Positions 60,144 to 64,000 of a DNA stretch of 64,000 bases are shown piece by piece. Origin of the DNA: Chloroflexota bacterium (GTDB taxonomy: Bacteria; Chloroflexota; Dormibacteria; Aeolococcales; Aeolococcaceae). A program made the translations under genes and the position numbers. The notes below the pieces were generated by a model. The model did no database searches. It worked only from the letters and a program-made list of their open reading frames with translations, and was not told the DNA's origin. The DNA lies in NCBI GenBank assembly GCA_005880985.1, contig VBIQ01000006.1:5088-69087 (forward strand), given 5' to 3'. The number at the start of each line of letters is the position of its first letter. Within the stretch, counting starts at the first letter, position 1.

Positions 60144-61011
60144 CGCTGGGCTGCAGCCTCCGCTGGTTGAGCCCGTCCCAGAACACCTTGACCCCATCGA
60201 GCATCGCCGCCGCGCCCTCGAGGAACTTGGTCTCGTTGAAGCCGGGACGCTCGAACGCCTCGTGCAGCTCGTCCAGGGTGTGCGCCGCGTGCTGGTCCTC
60301 GACCCGATCGTGCCAGGTGAAGAAGGCCAATCTCAGCTCCGGGCACTCGCGGTCGCGGAACCGGTCCAGCCCGCTGATCAGCTGCTTCCAGAATCCGGCG
60401 GCGGCCCAGTTCTCGACCGCGAAGCTCGCGCCCTCGGCGATGTCGGGCTCCTCGCTGCCGTAGATGCGGGCCAGCTCGTCGCAGAAGTGCAGCGTGCTCG
60501 GCCAGCCGAAGCGCCGCTTGCCGATGTCCTGGAAGGAGAGCCCCAGCGGTTCGGCGACCTTGGTCAGCCACTCGAAGTGAGCGGCATTGAATCGATAGAC
60601 ACCGCCGTCGACGGTGCCCTCGGTGCTCACCAGATCGGGGTCACCCATGCGGTCCTTGGCGTCGTCGTCGACGGGAACGTCGTGCACCGGCGAGGTGCGA
60701 CCGGAGCGGAAGACGACGCCCAGCTCGTTGACCAGGATCTCCTTGCTCTCGCGCGCCTGCTCGATGCTCGGCGCGTTGATGGTCTTGAGGAGCTGAGCGA
60801 CGATGAAGAGGTTGCTGAACACCGAGAACTGCTGGATGAGGTCACGCACCTGGGCCCGCGTCGCCTCGCCCTTCTCGAACCAGACGCAGTAGCGGTTGTC
60901 GGTGACGACCGGGTGCTGCATCACGGTGCGCCGGACCTGCTCGAAGAAGCGGTCCCACCGCTCCGGCACCGAGGGAGCGGCGGCTTCGCTGATCAGTGTG
61001 GCCATGGACAC
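60136..61011 (-). CDS. Heme-oxygenase-like fold, iron-containing redox enzyme family protein (TenA/PqqC/CADD-like)
   Basis: 291 aa, all-helical composition. First gene of the hppD-hmgA-aminotransferase operon. Family-level call only. Confidence 0.45.
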   Translation of the reverse strand: MSMATLISEAAAPSVPERWDRFFEQVRRTVMQHPVVTDNRYCVWFEKGEATRAQVRDLIQQFSVFSNLFIVAQLLKTINAPSIEQARESKEILVNELGVVFRSGRTSPVHDVPVDDDAKDRMGDPDLVSTEGTVDGGVYRFNAAHFEWLTKVAEPLGLSFQDIGKRRFGWPSTLHFCDELARIYGSEEPDIAEGASFAVENWAAAGFWKQLISGLDRFRDRECPELRLAFFTWHDRVEDQHAAHTLDELHEAFERPGFNETKFLEGAAAMLDGVKVFWDGLNQRRLQPSGG

Positions 61012-61233
61012 GACACCTCCGACTGCCCGAGCTCCGCGGGGTTGGAAGAAGCCTCGACCATTCTCCCAGGCGTGCGCACATTCGTCCAGGCAGTGGCAGG
61101 ATCGCTAGACGAATACTCCGATTCTGGCTATCCTTGCTGGACAAATGGACCGGACGACGGGGCTTGACGCCCTCCCGGCTGGACGCCCTCAGCGGCAGGC
61201 CGCGCCGCGGCCGCCCCGGGGCTGACGCCCGCC

Positions 61234-61773
61234 GTGGCTCGCCGCCCCGACCTCGACGACGTTGACCGTCCGGACAGGGCGCCGCCGGCAGCGGCTGCCG
61301 CGGCCGCTGGCGCCCGCGCCGCCGTCGGCATCGACGCCGTCGACCGGCGCCTGCTCGAGGTCCTGCGCGACGACGGCCGGCTGTCGGTGGCGACGCTCGC
61401 CGAGCGCGCCGGCATCTCCCGGGCCGGCGCCTACAGCCGCCTCGAACGCCTCCGTGCGGATGGCGTCATCAGCGGCTTCAGCGCCCGCGTCGACAGCGCC
61501 CGCATCGGTCTGTCGATCGTCGCCGTCATCCTCATCTCCGGCCGCCAGCCGGCCTGGCGCTCGCTGCGCGCGCAGCTCGCCGCCATGCCCGAGGTCGAGT
61601 ACTGCGCCTTCACCAGCGGCGAGTACGACGCGCTGATCGTGGTCCGGGTCGCCGACGTCGAGACGCTGCGCGATGTCATCCTCGAACGGCTGCAGTCGAT
61701 GGCCGCGGTTCGCGCCACCCAGACGATCTTCGTGCTCGACGAGGTGGTGCGCCGTCCCTACGTACTGCCATAG
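61234..61773 (+). CDS. Lrp/AsnC family transcriptional regulator
   Basis: HTH (LDAVDRRLLEVLRDDGRLSVATLAERAGISRAGAYSRLERL) plus a C-terminal RAM domain. Divergent from the tyrosine-catabolism operon. The true start is probably internal to the listed ORF. Confidence 0.8.
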   Translation: MARRPDLDDVDRPDRAPPAAAAAAAGARAAVGIDAVDRRLLEVLRDDGRLSVATLAERAGISRAGAYSRLERLRADGVISGFSARVDSARIGLSIVAVILISGRQPAWRSLRAQLAAMPEVEYCAFTSGEYDALIVVRVADVETLRDVILERLQSMAAVRATQTIFVLDEVVRRPYVLP

Positions 61774-61802
61774 CGGCGTGCCGCGCCGCGGCGCCCCGCC
61801 GC

Positions 61803-62687
61803 TCAGTACTCCTGCAGGTACGAGCAGTTGTCGGCGAAGGAGAGCGGTTCGAAGCCGAACTGGCGCGGGACCGCGTCGATGCGGGTGATGTTGTTCTTCT
61901 TCAGCAGGCGCAGCTGCCCGGGTGTCACCGGCGGATTGGCAAGCAACCGGTCGAAGAGGACGGCGATCGGCAGCATCGCCGCGACCGGCACGTGCACCTT
62001 GCGCCGGCGCAGACCGAGCTCCGCCCTGATGATGTCGATGATCTCCTCGTAGGTGAGGTGATCGGGACCGCCGACCTCGTGGATGTCGTTGGACGACCCC
62101 CGGGCGATGCAGTCGACGACGATCCGTGAGAGGTCGGCCACGGCGAGCGGCTGGAAGAGGGCGCGACCGTTGCCGACGATGGGGATCACCGGGTTGAGCC
62201 GGATCAGCCTGGTCAGGGTGGTGAAGAAGCCGTCGCCGGGCCCGAAGAGCAGGCTGGGACGGAGCACGGTGTGGGGCACCGACGACCCGCGCACCGCCAT
62301 CTCCCCAGCCCACTTGCTGGCCAGGTACCCGTAGTAGGGATCGGGATCGACGCCGATGGCGCTGAGGTGGACGATGTGCCCGATCCCCGCCTGCCGCGCG
62401 GCCTGGGCGACGTTCTCGGCGCCGGCACGGTTGACCCGGTCGAAGGTCTGCGCACCGCGCTCGCGGATGACGGCGACGAGGTGCAGCACGGCGTCGCAAC
62501 CGCGCAGCGCGTCGAGCAGGCCGTCACCGGTGGTGACGTCGACGCGGAGGAAGTCGACGCCCTGAGGTCGTGGCCCGCGGCGCCGGCCCCGGCCGAGAAG
62601 CCGCAGCTGATGACCGGCCTGGCGCAGGGCGCGGCCGGTGTGCAGGCCGACGAATCCGGTGCCCCCGGTGACGGCGATCCGGGCCAC
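61803..62687 (-). CDS. NAD(P)H-binding atypical SDR (NmrA / NDUFA9-like)
   Basis: GTG start preceded by GGGAGGA. IAVTGGTGFVG Rossmann motif and a YxxxK-type YGYLASK. Confidence 0.75.
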   Translation of the reverse strand: MARIAVTGGTGFVGLHTGRALRQAGHQLRLLGRGRRRGPRPQGVDFLRVDVTTGDGLLDALRGCDAVLHLVAVIRERGAQTFDRVNRAGAENVAQAARQAGIGHIVHLSAIGVDPDPYYGYLASKWAGEMAVRGSSVPHTVLRPSLLFGPGDGFFTTLTRLIRLNPVIPIVGNGRALFQPLAVADLSRIVVDCIARGSSNDIHEVGGPDHLTYEEIIDIIRAELGLRRRKVHVPVAAMLPIAVLFDRLLANPPVTPGQLRLLKKNNITRIDAVPRQFGFEPLSFADNCSYLQEY

Positions 62688-62745
62688 GTGCGTCCTCCCT
62701 CGCGGCGGGCCCCTTGTGGGGCGCCGGCGCAAGGGTACGCAACCC

Positions 62746-62775
62746 TTGCGGCTTCGAACGCATGTTCGTTATACT
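62746..62775 (+). promoter_or_regulatory. SOS-regulated promoter with a Cheo-type LexA box in the spacer
   Basis: -35 TTGCGG (62746-62751) and -10 TATACT (62770-62775). The spacer holds TCGAACGCATGTTCG (62754-62768), which matches CGAAC-N4-GTTCG. Confidence 0.7.
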
Positions 62776-62873
62776 GATCCTCCCGCTCCACGCTCCCTCG
62801 ACGTCCTCATCGGGGCAGGGAGGTCGATACCAGGTGAGCTCCGCACGGCGGCGTGCCGCGCGGAAGGAGCGAA

Positions 62874-63740
62874 GTGTCCGGGCCCATCCTCATGGACGAT
62901 CCGTCCTCGCTGATCGAGGCCGTCACCCTGGTGCGGCGGCGGTTTGGGGCAGCGGCACTGCGGCGCGGCGGTGATCCGCTTCCCGAGCCCGCCTGGGTCA
63001 CCGGAGTGCCCGCGCTCGATCAGGGACTCGGCCAGGGCGGCCTCGTCCGCGGGCGGCTGACGGTGCTCGCCGGCGCCCGGTCACCGGTGACGGGGCGGCT
63101 GACGCTGCTGCAGGCGCTGGCGGCGGTGGCCAGCCGCACCATGCCGGTGGTCTACGTCGACCTGGTGGGGACGCTCGACCCCGGCTTCCTCGCCGACCTG
63201 GGGGCCGACCTCGACGCCTGCCTGGTGGTCCGTCCTCCCGGCGGCGATCTGGCGCCGGGATTGGTGATGGGATATTCCCTGGTCGCCGCCGGTGTGCCCT
63301 GGCTGGCGGTCGCCCTGCCCGTCCATCCCCAGCCGGCGTGGAGGCGGGCGGAACCGGCGCTGGCCGCGCTGGTGGCCACTGTCGAGGGGAGGCGGGCGGT
63401 GGCCTGTGTCGCCGCCCCGGCGCCGCTCGCCGCCCCTCTCGCCTATGCCTCGTCGCTGACGGTGACCTGCCGGTCACTGGGATGGCAGGAGGAGCACGAC
63501 GACGTGGTCGGGCTGCGCGTGGGTCTGGAGGTGGTGAAGAGCCGGGTGGGGACGCCGGGAAGTCAGGCCGGGGTGCTGCTGCGCTACCCGCGTCCGCACG
63601 GGACCGGCGAGGTGGTCGGCTTCCCGACGGTGGTCGGTCTGCCCGCCTCCCCCGACGGTGCGGGGGTCGCGGCCACCCTCGGACCGGAGGTCACCCCTGC
63701 CGTCGCGCCCGGTGGCGGTCCCGCCGTCGCCGCCGGGTAG
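62874..63740 (+). CDS. imuA': ImuA'-like inactive RecA-fold protein (SOS mutasome component)
   Basis: RecA-core-like GVPALDQGLGQGGLVRGRLTVLAG, but a degenerate P-loop (ARSPVTGRLTL instead of GxxxxGKT). VVYVDLVGTLDP strand follows. GTG start preceded by GGAAGGAG. Confidence 0.7.
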   Translation: MSGPILMDDPSSLIEAVTLVRRRFGAAALRRGGDPLPEPAWVTGVPALDQGLGQGGLVRGRLTVLAGARSPVTGRLTLLQALAAVASRTMPVVYVDLVGTLDPGFLADLGADLDACLVVRPPGGDLAPGLVMGYSLVAAGVPWLAVALPVHPQPAWRRAEPALAALVATVEGRRAVACVAAPAPLAAPLAYASSLTVTCRSLGWQEEHDDVVGLRVGLEVVKSRVGTPGSQAGVLLRYPRPHGTGEVVGFPTVVGLPASPDGAGVAATLGPEVTPAVAPGGGPAVAAG

Positions 63741-63767
63741 CCGTCGGTTGCCCGAGCCTCGCTGCCG

Positions 63768-64000
63768 CCATGCCCCGCATCCTCTGCGCCCGCTTCCCCC
63801 ACCTCGGCCTGGTGGTGGCCTGGCGGCGGTATCCCGAGCTGCGCGGCGAACCCGTCGCCATCGCCTCCGACACCACGGCGGGCGCCGTCGCCCTGGCCGC
63901 CTCGGAGGCCGCCCGGGCAGCCGGAGTCCACCCGGGGCAGCCGCTCCGCCAGGTCCGGCACCTCTGTCCCGGGGCTGCCGTGCTTCCCTTCGACGCCACC
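63768..64000 (+). CDS. imuB: ImuB-like Y-family polymerase homologue (5' part only, truncated by window end)
   Basis: N-terminus MPRILCARFPHLGLVVAWRRYPELRGEPVAI matches the UmuC/DinB-like start of ImuB proteins. Confidence 0.6.

Overview
The window is a high-GC (about 72%) chromosomal segment that looks actinobacterial. Supporting clues are an F420-type LLM oxidoreductase, WS/DGAT, an SCO1664-family gene, an acVLRF1-like gene and an imuA'-imuB cassette. It is densely packed with housekeeping operons whose genes often overlap by ATGA/GTGA, which suggests translational coupling.

Features in order:
- tRNA-Arg(CCG), minus strand.
- SCO1664-like kinase-fold gene, a small membrane ORF, a family-4-like UDG, and an uncharacterised YtoQ/DUF4406-like ORF.
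- Ski2-type helicase HelY, a DUF503 gene and a FadD-type acyl-CoA ligase.
- An orphan small ParA translationally coupled to a 102-aa Arg-rich/RHH-like protein, with a perfect palindrome upstream.
- A divergent TPR protein with an acidic tail.
- A TetR gene with a palindromic operator, followed by an AurF-like diiron oxygenase.
- A Bacillus-style histidine operon: hisZ, short hisG, then D-B-H-A-F, an inserted TPR-like ORF, and hisI. hisC and hisE are absent.
- A GH15 glycosidase and a single-domain receiver protein.
- An arginine cluster argC-J-B-D-R-G-H with no argF. A palindromic ARG-box overlaps a near-consensus promoter that sits 5 nt upstream of the argC ATG (leaderless).
- A metallophosphoesterase, a zinc-ribbon protein, oligopeptidase B, DegV, a wHTH hypothetical, an esterase, an NHL lipoprotein, a ROK kinase and CoaX.
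- A PNPOx-like gene with atypical codon usage, followed by Dus, GreA, LysS and SerS.
- A PaaI thioesterase, Ohr, a HAD hydrolase, an F420-type LLM and a Vms1/eRF1-like (acVLRF1) release-factor-like protein.
- LysE, an SDR and Zwf.
- A membrane-anchored cupredoxin, a hotdog thioesterase, an FNR and an alpha/beta hydrolase.
- WS/DGAT, a cyclophilin lipoprotein and a K/R/A-rich basic protein.
- A divergent pair of tRNA-Ser genes (GCT and TGA).
- A near-consensus promoter driving a 26-codon hydrophobic mini-ORF, followed by two tandem nested about 125-nt palindromic elements.
- A tyrosine-catabolism operon (aminotransferase, hmgA, hppD, plus an unusual heme-oxygenase-like iron redox gene) with a divergent Lrp/AsnC regulator.
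- An atypical SDR.
- An SOS mutasome cassette, imuA'-imuB (imuB truncated by the window end). A Cheo-type LexA box (CGAAC-N4-GTTCG) lies in the promoter spacer.

No CRISPR arrays, transposases, integrases or phage genes were seen. The most system-like candidates for follow-up are:
- the ParA / RHH-like adaptor / palindrome module;
- the promoter-driven mini-peptide and adjacent nested-palindrome locus next to the tRNA-Ser pair;
- the acVLRF1 gene;
- the iron-redox gene embedded in the tyrosine-degradation operon.
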